A stretch of 64,000 bases of DNA from Agathobaculum sp. (lineage in GTDB: Bacteria > Bacillota > Clostridia > Lachnospirales > Lachnospiraceae), in contig CAVDQU010000001.1 of assembly GCA_963611035.1 (NCBI GenBank), positions 8,425 to 72,424 of the forward strand, given 5' to 3'. Below the pieces are notes generated by a model. The model ran no database searches. It was not told the DNA's origin and saw only the letters and a list, made by a program, of their open reading frames with translations. Positions 10,269 through 17,803 of the stretch are shown piece by piece. Positions within the stretch are counted from its first letter, which is position 1; every line of letters starts with the position of its first letter. A program made the position numbers and the translations under genes.

Positions 10269-11111
10269 CTATCTCATCTCATTTGGCTTCATGGTGTCCA
10301 TATCGTCAAACTCCATGTTCTCGCCGCCCATTGCCCAGATAAAGGTATAATTGGATGTACCTGCTCCGCTGTGGATGCTCCAGGACGGGCTGATCACAGC
10401 CTCTTCGTTCTTCATAACAATATGTCTTGTCTCTGTAGGCTCTCCCATCATATGGAATACTACATTATCGCCGGGTACTTCAAAATACATATAAATTTCC
10501 ATACGGCGTTCATGTGTATGGGATGGCATGGTGTTCCATACGCTTCCCGGCTCTAAAACGGTCATTCCCATAGAAAGCTGACAGGTCTTTAATACGTCTG
10601 GATGGATAAACTGATTAATAGTACGCTTGTTAGAAAGAGCTGCATCACCGCATGGTCTCTTTGCTGCCTTCTCGATCGGGATAAATGTAGTGGTGTAGGA
10701 AGTATGGGCCGGAGCACTTACCATATAAAATTTAGCCGGTTTGGAAGCATCTTCACTTTCAAAGTAAACTTCCTTTGTTCCCTTGGTAATGTACAGACAA
10801 TCTTTATATCCCATAGCAAATTCCTGACCGTCTGCAGTGATCTTTCCCTTTCCGCCAATATTGAAAATACCGACCTCACGGCGCTCCAGGAAATAGTGGG
10901 TTCCAAAGTTCTTCCAGCAGTCAATGCCCTTCTCAATAGAAACTTTCTCAGAAACCGGCATACATCCCAGTGTTACCATACGGTCTACATGGGAATACAC
11001 TGCAACAACTTCATCCGGCTGATACAGATTCTGGATCAAAAATTCATTTCTCAGTTCTTCGGTAGTATAGCGTTTTACATCTCTCTGGTTTGCGGAATAA
11101 CGAATATCCAT
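10269..11111 (-). CDS. kduI: 4-deoxy-L-threo-5-hexosulose-uronate ketol-isomerase
   Basis: YSHVDRM, FLERRE, WNTMPSHTHERRME, SPSWSIHSG, WAMGGEN. Confidence 0.95.
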   Translation of the reverse strand: MDIRYSANQRDVKRYTTEELRNEFLIQNLYQPDEVVAVYSHVDRMVTLGCMPVSEKVSIEKGIDCWKNFGTHYFLERREVGIFNIGGKGKITADGQEFAMGYKDCLYITKGTKEVYFESEDASKPAKFYMVSAPAHTSYTTTFIPIEKAAKRPCGDAALSNKRTINQFIHPDVLKTCQLSMGMTVLEPGSVWNTMPSHTHERRMEIYMYFEVPGDNVVFHMMGEPTETRHIVMKNEEAVISPSWSIHSGAGTSNYTFIWAMGGENMEFDDMDTMKPNEMR

Positions 11112-11144
11112 TGTTATTTTTCTCCTTTTATAAAAATATTTTTT

Positions 11145-12485
11145 TTAACGGAACTGGCTGTATTTATGTCCTGCTGCCATTCCTCCTCTGGCTGCTGCCA
11201 GCTCACTGACTGTTACCAGCTGATAGCCTCTGGCGGTCAGCTCCGGGATCAATACGACTGCTGCATCTGCAGTAGCATCGTAAATATCATGCATTAAAAT
11301 AATATCGCCATCTTTTACTTGACTTAAAACATTGTTAATGGTCTTCTGTGCATTTCTGTGCTGCCAGTCTCTTGTATCAATGGACCACATGATCGCAGGC
11401 ATTCCCATGGAACCAAGGACAGAAAGGGAATGTGCATCTACATAACCGCCTGGGGGGCGCATTACAACAGGTGAAACGCCGCAGGCTGCTGCTACTTTCT
11501 GGTTTACAGCACTTACCTGGCTTACAATGCCTTCATTGCTTAATTTGGATATGTATTTATGGTCATTGGTGTGGTTTGCCACCTCGCAGCCCTGAGCCAC
11601 CATACGGCGGATCACTTCGCCGTTCTGTGGAACATTGGTTCCTACCATAAAGAAAGTAGCTCTTCCACCATACTGGCCTAAACTGTCTAAAATACGGTTT
11701 GTAACAGATGCTCTTGGACCGTCGTCAAAAGTCAGGGCGATCATTGGCTTAGATGGGTCTACAGTTGATGAACCGGTTTCTGAAGGCGCTCCTGCATTTT
11801 TCGCTGTAATAGAAGCCTTGATGCCATCCACTCTGAGACCGATTCCTTCTGTGCCTGCCGTCGCACCATTTAAGGACCAGTCTGTCCAGGAACCATTCTG
11901 ATAAACTTTATAATACAGATCATAGGAAGCTGCCGATGAACCAGTCAGTTCCATGGCAATGGATTCCAGTGGGTGTTCTGCGGACGCGCCGCCATTTTCT
12001 GCCCCGTCTGCTTTCCAGTCAAGCCAGCCGGTTCCGCTTAAATTTACTTTATAGCGGACGCCGATCTGGGCTCCTGATGGAATATTGATCAGATTGGCTT
12101 TCATGGATGTGACCCATGAGTCGGTAGATGCTGCTAAAGCCTGGTTATCTGCTGCAGGATCGCTCCAGCCCTGGTTTCTGAAATACACGCTGTAGTTTAC
12201 CTGAAGGGAGGTGTCTGTGGATGTCTGGTCTGTAGCGTCAGTACTGTCACCCGTGTTTTCAGTCGTTGTATTCTGATCCGCATTTGTACCGTCTGCACCT
12301 GCATTTTCATTATCTACTGTAACAGTTTCCACATCTTTTGCAGCCTCTCCCGGTCCCCCTGTGGACTGTGCGGTCTTTGCTGCACCAACACCAGTGGTCC
12401 CCGCCAGAGCTGTCATTCCCTGGGCAGTAAAGATCATTCCTGCCGCCATGACCGCTGCAAGAATCCTGCTTTTCATTTTTCTCAT
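11145..12485 (-). CDS. Secreted polysaccharide deacetylase (CE4) with clostridial W-rich (ChW-like) domain
   Basis: Signal peptide; GW repeats; ALTFDDGP, NHTNDH, RPPGG, DTRDW, LMHD. Confidence 0.9.
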   Translation of the reverse strand: MRKMKSRILAAVMAAGMIFTAQGMTALAGTTGVGAAKTAQSTGGPGEAAKDVETVTVDNENAGADGTNADQNTTTENTGDSTDATDQTSTDTSLQVNYSVYFRNQGWSDPAADNQALAASTDSWVTSMKANLINIPSGAQIGVRYKVNLSGTGWLDWKADGAENGGASAEHPLESIAMELTGSSAASYDLYYKVYQNGSWTDWSLNGATAGTEGIGLRVDGIKASITAKNAGAPSETGSSTVDPSKPMIALTFDDGPRASVTNRILDSLGQYGGRATFFMVGTNVPQNGEVIRRMVAQGCEVANHTNDHKYISKLSNEGIVSQVSAVNQKVAAACGVSPVVMRPPGGYVDAHSLSVLGSMGMPAIMWSIDTRDWQHRNAQKTINNVLSQVKDGDIILMHDIYDATADAAVVLIPELTARGYQLVTVSELAAARGGMAAGHKYSQFR

Positions 12486-12496
12486 TCTCTTCTCCT

Positions 12497-13027
12497 TTAA
12501 CCGAATACTTTTTTACACAGCATTACGTATTCTTCATAATAAATGTGGCCTTTAAATTCCTTCAGGGCCTCTGCCACCCCCTTGTAATACCAGCCCTGCA
12601 TCGCCTTGTCCTTCTGGTTAAAACGCTGCCAGACCTCGTCTCCCAGGACCAGATAATCTCTGGCTGTGCTGCGTATATTACTTAACTTATCTGCAAGAGC
12701 CAATATTTTTTCATCTCTGGTGGCCGACTTTAAGCGCTCTACCGTTGCTCCTTTGCGCTCCATCCAGCTTTTAGACTTGTCCTCGCTTTCGCCGTCTACC
12801 AGAAATGCCACTCTGGAGCCGAACTTTTCTTCCAGTTCTTCTCTTGTAACCCCGGCGTCCTCTATTACATCATGCAAAAGGGCTGCAGCGATCATTTCCG
12901 GCTCATCTGTAAATGCCGTTACAATAGCTGCCGTTTCCATAGGATGTGTGATATAAGGGATCTGTGTTCCCTTTCTGTACACGCCCTCATGTGCCCGCTC
13001 TGCAAAGTCAGCCGCCTCTTTTATCAT
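12497..13027 (-). CDS. Stand-alone HD-domain protein, small alarmone hydrolase (SpoT/Mesh1-like)
   Basis: AH..RK..PYITHP, LHDVIED, ADKLSN motifs; no synthetase domain. Confidence 0.8.
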   Translation of the reverse strand: MIKEAADFAERAHEGVYRKGTQIPYITHPMETAAIVTAFTDEPEMIAAALLHDVIEDAGVTREELEEKFGSRVAFLVDGESEDKSKSWMERKGATVERLKSATRDEKILALADKLSNIRSTARDYLVLGDEVWQRFNQKDKAMQGWYYKGVAEALKEFKGHIYYEEYVMLCKKVFG

Positions 13028-13057
13028 ACTTTGTTTTACCTCTTTCCCCCCGTGCTC

Positions 13058-13693
13058 TTACAGAAGTGTCTCCACATAAGCTTTGATGGCCTCATCCTTG
13101 CAGTTTGCAAAGAACAGCTCCTTAAACTTTGGTCCTGCCACAGCGCCCTTTACCAGGTCCTGATCCAGTCCCTTACAGCAGGTGATAATATCCTTAAAAT
13201 TGTTGGCTCTCACCTGATCCAGGATCTTCTTATTTCTCTGCTCCGGTACTACACGCTCCGGCGGATATCCGTTGCCACTGCCAAAACCAAACAGTTTCTC
13301 AAAACTGTAACGAAGGTTTAATTCACCGCCCCATCCATAATTCTGGGCATAAGGCATAGCCACGCAATTACCATCATTTACCTGTGCAAACAGGAATGCA
13401 TCTGACGGATTTGACACATGTCCGCATACTACATTCGGGAAACTGTTGCAGGCGATCATTGCGCCCTGACCAGTACCGCATCCGGTCACCACAAAGTCTG
13501 CTGCACCGGAAGAAAGCAGCAGGGAAGCCAGAATACCGCACTGTACATAGGTAAGCTGTGCCTCATCATCTGCAGAATACATTCCATAGTTGTCTACCAC
13601 ATGTCCCATAGGCTCTACCACGCCACGCAGTTCACGGTAAATGATCTCGTTCTTGCCCGCCTGGCTGTTTTCATTGATCAATGCAATTCTCAT
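13058..13693 (-). CDS. RpiB/LacAB-fold isomerase, DhuI-like
   Basis: MRIALINENSQAGKN, TGCGTGQG, GYPPER motifs. Confidence 0.8.
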   Translation of the reverse strand: MRIALINENSQAGKNEIIYRELRGVVEPMGHVVDNYGMYSADDEAQLTYVQCGILASLLLSSGAADFVVTGCGTGQGAMIACNSFPNVVCGHVSNPSDAFLFAQVNDGNCVAMPYAQNYGWGGELNLRYSFEKLFGFGSGNGYPPERVVPEQRNKKILDQVRANNFKDIITCCKGLDQDLVKGAVAGPKFKELFFANCKDEAIKAYVETLL

Positions 13694-13706
13694 TATTTTG
13701 TCCTCC

Positions 13707-14048
13707 TTACAGAAAATCCTCTCTCATTGGGGTGAAGATATCGATCAGCACTCCATCTTCCAGACAGGTGCATCCATGCATCACACCGTCCTGTTTCAGC
13801 AGTGTATCCCCCTTGCTGACTGTATGTACCTCTCCATCAATGGTAAATTCAAACTTACCAGATGCCACATAAGTGATCTGGGTATGCGGATGGTTATGCA
13901 TTGCTCCGATGGCTCCTTTTGCAAAGGTATTTTCCACACACATAACCTCATCGCAGTATGCCAGAACACGGCGTACTACTCCGGCTGTTTCTTTCGCTTC
14001 TGTCTTATCATGAAATACCCATCTTTGATCTTTCTTGGGATAATCCAT
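13707..14048 (-). CDS. kdgF: Cupin, KdgF-like unsaturated uronate linearisation protein
   Basis: GVVRRVLAY, HNHPHTQITYV, H..., DIFTPMREDFL C-terminus. Confidence 0.85.
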   Translation of the reverse strand: MDYPKKDQRWVFHDKTEAKETAGVVRRVLAYCDEVMCVENTFAKGAIGAMHNHPHTQITYVASGKFEFTIDGEVHTVSKGDTLLKQDGVMHGCTCLEDGVLIDIFTPMREDFL

Positions 14049-14100
14049 AGGTCCCTCCTCCTTGTTAATTTTGTTAATTTATGATCATGTGTTTATTATA

Positions 14101-14305
14101 TGATACCAGGGTCAAAAGGTCTAAAATCCGACGCAAGCTTGCTTGCAGGAGGAGTTTTGACCTTGGGACCCGCCAAAAACATGAGTAAGAAGCCATTTTT
14201 TGAAGAAAAATGAGCGGATTACGAATGTTTTTAGAATTGCGAGAGTGCAAAGCACGTAGCAATTCGGTATCAGAGGGGTCAAAATACCTTTTGACCCCAA
14301 CATCA
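14101..14305. mobile_element. 205-bp structured MITE-like element, copy 1
   Basis: Identical to 17588-17792 except 2 nt; imperfect TIRs TGATnnnnGGGTCAAAAGGT; TTATA on both flanks. Confidence 0.8.
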
Positions 14306-14458
14306 TTATATATGTGCAAAGCCGATACAGCAAGAGCGAATATTTCATTTTTAACGCCTGAAACTATTTCTTAAAAGTTTCTCAATGAATAATTTCTTGT
14401 AAGTAACCCGGTTTTCTGTTATGCTATAGGAAGTTTTTTAACAAAGGAGGCAATGGTC

Positions 14459-15712
14459 ATGGAACACCATTCATCATACAGCGCACCCAGAAGCAGCCGC
14501 GCCTCGGGACATACCCGTTCTTCTGCTTCACGCCAGGATCACCGACGTACACGCCGGCCCCAGAAAAATGGGAATACCAATTTCGGCCGCATTTTATTAT
14601 GCTACATACTTCCATTTATCGTAGTCAATCTTGCGATCTTCTTTATCGTTACCGCTACTCCGCGGATCGAGATGAACGTAAGCGATACCACAGATTACAA
14701 AACCATAGATGTAAGCTTTAAGATCCATTCTCTTCTTCCTTTAAAGAAGATGACCACTACACTGGAATCTGAACCCATTGAATTTAAGAAAGAAAACGGC
14801 ACTTACCACGCAGTACTGACAACCAACGGTACTTTGGAGGTCTACGCCTTAAGCTTAAATGGTATGCAGGCCCAAGATGTAGAGCATATTGCTGTGTTAG
14901 ATGATACAGCTCCTTCTTTTGATGAAGAAAGCGTTGTCATGGAAGATGGAAAACTTGTTGTTACATTGGATGACAGCATTTCCGGCATCAACTATGATTC
15001 CATCTATGCTACGGATGATGCAGGAACAAAAGTCCTTCCTGAAAGCTGTGATAAAGAAACCGGAGAGATCACCTTTAAGTTAGAAGAAGGTTCTCTTACT
15101 GTATATGTAGAAGATATGGCTGGAAATCCAAATCAGGCCACTTTCTCCATCAACCAGTCCGGCATCGATACTGCAGACCGTGAAAGTAAGTTCCCAACAG
15201 ATGGAAAAAATGGTATGAACGGAACCGCAGCAACAGAAGCAGAGACAAAAGCCGCTGAAACGAAAGCTTCCAGCACAAAGGCTTCCGAAACAAAAGCTTC
15301 CGGCACCAACAGTACAAAGGCAGAGACCAAGGCTTCTTCCGCAGCCAAATCTACTACCGCAGCAGCAAAATCTACTTCTGCGGCTAAGTCCACCACTGCG
15401 GCTGCAAAATCTACCTCTGCAGCTGCCAAGTCCACTACCGCAGCGCAAAAATCTACTTCTGCAGCGGCTAAGTCTACCACCGCAGCACAAAAATCCACTA
15501 CTGCAGCGGCTAAATCTACCACCGAAGCACAGAAATCCACTACTGCAGCAGCTAAATCTACCACCGCGGCACAGAAATCCACTACTGCAGCGGCTAAGTC
15601 TACCACCGAAGCTGCAAAATCTACTACTGCAGCACCAGCTTCCACCACTGCAGCTGCAAATGAGCCATCCACAGCAGAAGTTCCTGCTACGATCGCTCCA
15701 CTAAACAATTAG
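14459..15712 (+). CDS. Single-pass membrane protein with Ig-like region and Ser/Thr/Ala-rich repeat tail
   Basis: GGAGG RBS; basic N-terminus, TM helix, DDTAP...D..SGI beta region, KSTTAAA repeats. Confidence 0.8.
   Translation: MEHHSSYSAPRSSRASGHTRSSASRQDHRRTRRPQKNGNTNFGRILLCYILPFIVVNLAIFFIVTATPRIEMNVSDTTDYKTIDVSFKIHSLLPLKKMTTTLESEPIEFKKENGTYHAVLTTNGTLEVYALSLNGMQAQDVEHIAVLDDTAPSFDEESVVMEDGKLVVTLDDSISGINYDSIYATDDAGTKVLPESCDKETGEITFKLEEGSLTVYVEDMAGNPNQATFSINQSGIDTADRESKFPTDGKNGMNGTAATEAETKAAETKASSTKASETKASGTNSTKAETKASSAAKSTTAAAKSTSAAKSTTAAAKSTSAAAKSTTAAQKSTSAAAKSTTAAQKSTTAAAKSTTEAQKSTTAAAKSTTAAQKSTTAAAKSTTEAAKSTTAAPASTTAAANEPSTAEVPATIAPLNN
15341..15657 (+). repeat. Coding 21-bp tandem repeat (14 KST[TS]xxx units)
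   Basis: KST counted 14 times in translation; preceded by short [ES]TKA repeats. Confidence 0.9.
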
Positions 15713-15720
15713 AATATTTC

Positions 15721-15771
15721 AAAAAAGCTGACCAGGTTTCTTAATCCCTAAGAAATTCTGTCAGCTTTTTT
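15721..15771. terminator. Bidirectional intrinsic terminator
   Basis: AAAAAAGCTGAC...GTCAGCTTTTTT between convergent genes. Confidence 0.85.
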
Positions 15772-15795
15772 ATAAATATGATATGAATTTTAGCT

Positions 15796-16803
15796 TTAAC
15801 GTCCTTCTGCCACGATCTCATCAATGATATCTACATATTCTGCGCAATACTTCTCATATAACGGCATAACTGCCTGCTGGAACCGCAGCTTTTCTTCTGG
15901 TGAAAGCTGGGTGATCACGCAGCCTTCTGTTTCCACCTTCTGTCTGGAAATAGATTCTCTGGCTTTCCACTGGCTCCTTTCGTACAGAGCCGACTCCTTG
16001 GCACACTCCCGGATGATCTCTCTGTACTCTTCCGGGATCTTATTCCAGGTATAGGTTGAAGCGATCTGGACTTCCGGCACACGGCTGTGTTCATCTACTG
16101 TAAAATATTTCGCCACCTCATAATGTCCTGTAGATTCATAGGACGGCCAGTTATTCTCTGCCCCATCCACTTTTCCGGTCTGAAGTCCGGAATATACTTC
16201 CCCATAGATCATAGGAACAGGAATTGCCCCCAAAGCCCGGACTGTATCACTCATCAGTTCTGATTCCTGTACCCGGATGGTCATCCCCTTTATATCTTCC
16301 AGTTTCTCAATGGGTTTTATGGAATTATAAAAGTTCCTGGCACCTGCATCATACCAGGACAAAGCCTCCAGCCCGGACCCTTCAAAAGAATTAAGAAAAT
16401 CATCTCCGATGGGGCCTTCCAGCACTTTCCACATATGATCTGCCCCTGTATACAGGTAAGGCATCTGCAGTACATTCAGCTTCGGGATATCCTCTGCCAG
16501 TGTAGAAAGTGCCACTCTGGCAAAGTCAATGCCTCCAAACTGCATCTGTTCGATTACGGACTTTTCGTCTCCCAGACTTCCGCCTGCATTGACCAGTATC
16601 TCCACCTTGCCCTCCGTCCGTTCTTTTACAAGTTCCGCAAATTTATAGGCTCCCTGGGAGGTAGGATAATCCTCTGCCTGATTTTCTGCATAGGTCAGGA
16701 CAAAATCCGGTGTTACTTCTTTTTCTTTCTCTTTTAAAACTCCTGAACAGCCGCCTAAGATCAGTGCTGCAATACACAGGCAGAATATCCCCTTTTTCAC
16801 CAT
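15796..16803 (-). CDS. TRAP substrate-binding lipoprotein (DctP family), second copy
   Basis: Lipobox LGGC, GARNFY, IRVQES, GEVYSGLQTG.VDGAEN. Confidence 0.9.
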   Translation of the reverse strand: MVKKGIFCLCIAALILGGCSGVLKEKEKEVTPDFVLTYAENQAEDYPTSQGAYKFAELVKERTEGKVEILVNAGGSLGDEKSVIEQMQFGGIDFARVALSTLAEDIPKLNVLQMPYLYTGADHMWKVLEGPIGDDFLNSFEGSGLEALSWYDAGARNFYNSIKPIEKLEDIKGMTIRVQESELMSDTVRALGAIPVPMIYGEVYSGLQTGKVDGAENNWPSYESTGHYEVAKYFTVDEHSRVPEVQIASTYTWNKIPEEYREIIRECAKESALYERSQWKARESISRQKVETEGCVITQLSPEEKLRFQQAVMPLYEKYCAEYVDIIDEIVAEGR

Positions 16804-16831
16804 TTTCTCCTCCTGAATCTGTAAACATCCC

Positions 16832-16996
16832 CTAGTACATCGTTTCATAAATAACTGGCCTAATCACGTAGGATGCAGATTCGAGTGTGCAGTTCAAAAA
16901 ACGCAGGCGTAGCGGGCTACGCTGAGGCTTTTTGAACTGTGCAATCGGATTTGCAGACAAGCGAATAGGCTAGTTATTTTGTAAACGATGTACTAG
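16832..16996. mobile_element. 165-bp CTAG-bounded foldback MITE-like element
   Basis: 14-bp perfect terminal inverted repeat CTAGTACATCGTTT; nested inverted repeats through to apex GCGTAGC-GG-GCTACGC. Confidence 0.75.
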
Positions 16997-17017
16997 ATGT
17001 CATTCCCGCTTCTGTTT

Positions 17018-17503
17018 TTATTTCTCTTTTTTCAGAGTCTGGGGCTGCTTTGTCATCAGCCAGTCATAAAAGTCTTTTTTGTCTTCTCCCACCACCCGGT
17101 CTGTAAGCAGATATCCGTGAGACGGATCTGTAAAAATAATGGCCATCCCCGGCAGCTTTGCGATCCTTACGATTTTTCTCCACGGGATCTTATCATGGGT
17201 ATTTCCCACTTTTACCTGGATCCCGATATCATCCAGACGGATCTGCGTATCTTCACCAGAAGCAGCTGCCAGTTTTCCTGCACTCAGGTAAATAGCCAGC
17301 GGCTGAAAAATGGTAAAAAGACAGCAGCCTAAAACCATACAGATACGGAATATGGTTCCTGAAGATCCCCATTTTGCAAAAGTAAGGGCTAAAAGAGCGA
17401 CTGTAAAAACCAGATTCACCATGCCGGTCATGGAATGGTATATGAAATACATGGACATTTTCCAGTATTCGCCTCTGGTGGTTTTATAACGATATTGGTA
17501 CAT
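17018..17503 (-). CDS. YcxB-like membrane protein
   Basis: GGAGG RBS before MYQYRY; two TMs then beta domain with IPWRKI. Confidence 0.7.
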   Translation of the reverse strand: MYQYRYKTTRGEYWKMSMYFIYHSMTGMVNLVFTVALLALTFAKWGSSGTIFRICMVLGCCLFTIFQPLAIYLSAGKLAAASGEDTQIRLDDIGIQVKVGNTHDKIPWRKIVRIAKLPGMAIIFTDPSHGYLLTDRVVGEDKKDFYDWLMTKQPQTLKKEK

Positions 17504-17587
17504 AGTGCGTTTCCTCCTGATAGTAAGAGTATAGCATAAAGGGGATGTCCACGACACCCCCTTTCATTATACTATGTTCTTATTATA

Positions 17588-17792
17588 TGATACCAGGGTC
17601 AAAAGGTCGGAAATCCGACGCAAGCTTGCTTGCAGGAGGAGTTTTGACCTTGGGACCCGCCAAAAACATGAGTAAGAAGCCATTTTTTGAAGAAAAATGA
17701 GCGGATTACGAATGTTTTTAGAATTGCGAGAGTGCAAAGCACGTAGCAATTCGGTATCAGAGGGGTCAAAATACCTTTTGACCCCAACATCA
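17588..17792. mobile_element. 205-bp structured MITE-like element, copy 2
   Basis: Direct repeat of 14101-14305, also flanked by TTATA on both sides. Confidence 0.8.
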
Positions 17793-17803
17793 TTATATCT
17801 CTA

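Noticed and set aside
12497..13027. toxSAS-antitoxin module or Cas3 HD nuclease
   Set aside because: No adjacent synthetase or cas genes; motifs are SpoT-type
14074..14348. ORFs of 60-81 aa over the 205-bp element (also 17567-17820)
   Set aside because: They recur only because the DNA is repeated; no RBS or transposase motifs, and ends differ between copies
15341..15657. Possible CRISPR array (also the glgB tail at 23560-23880)
   Set aside because: In-frame coding repeats with no unique spacers and no cas genes
15080..15708. Minus-strand 191-aa and 136-aa repetitive ORFs
   Set aside because: Antisense shadows of the coding tandem repeat
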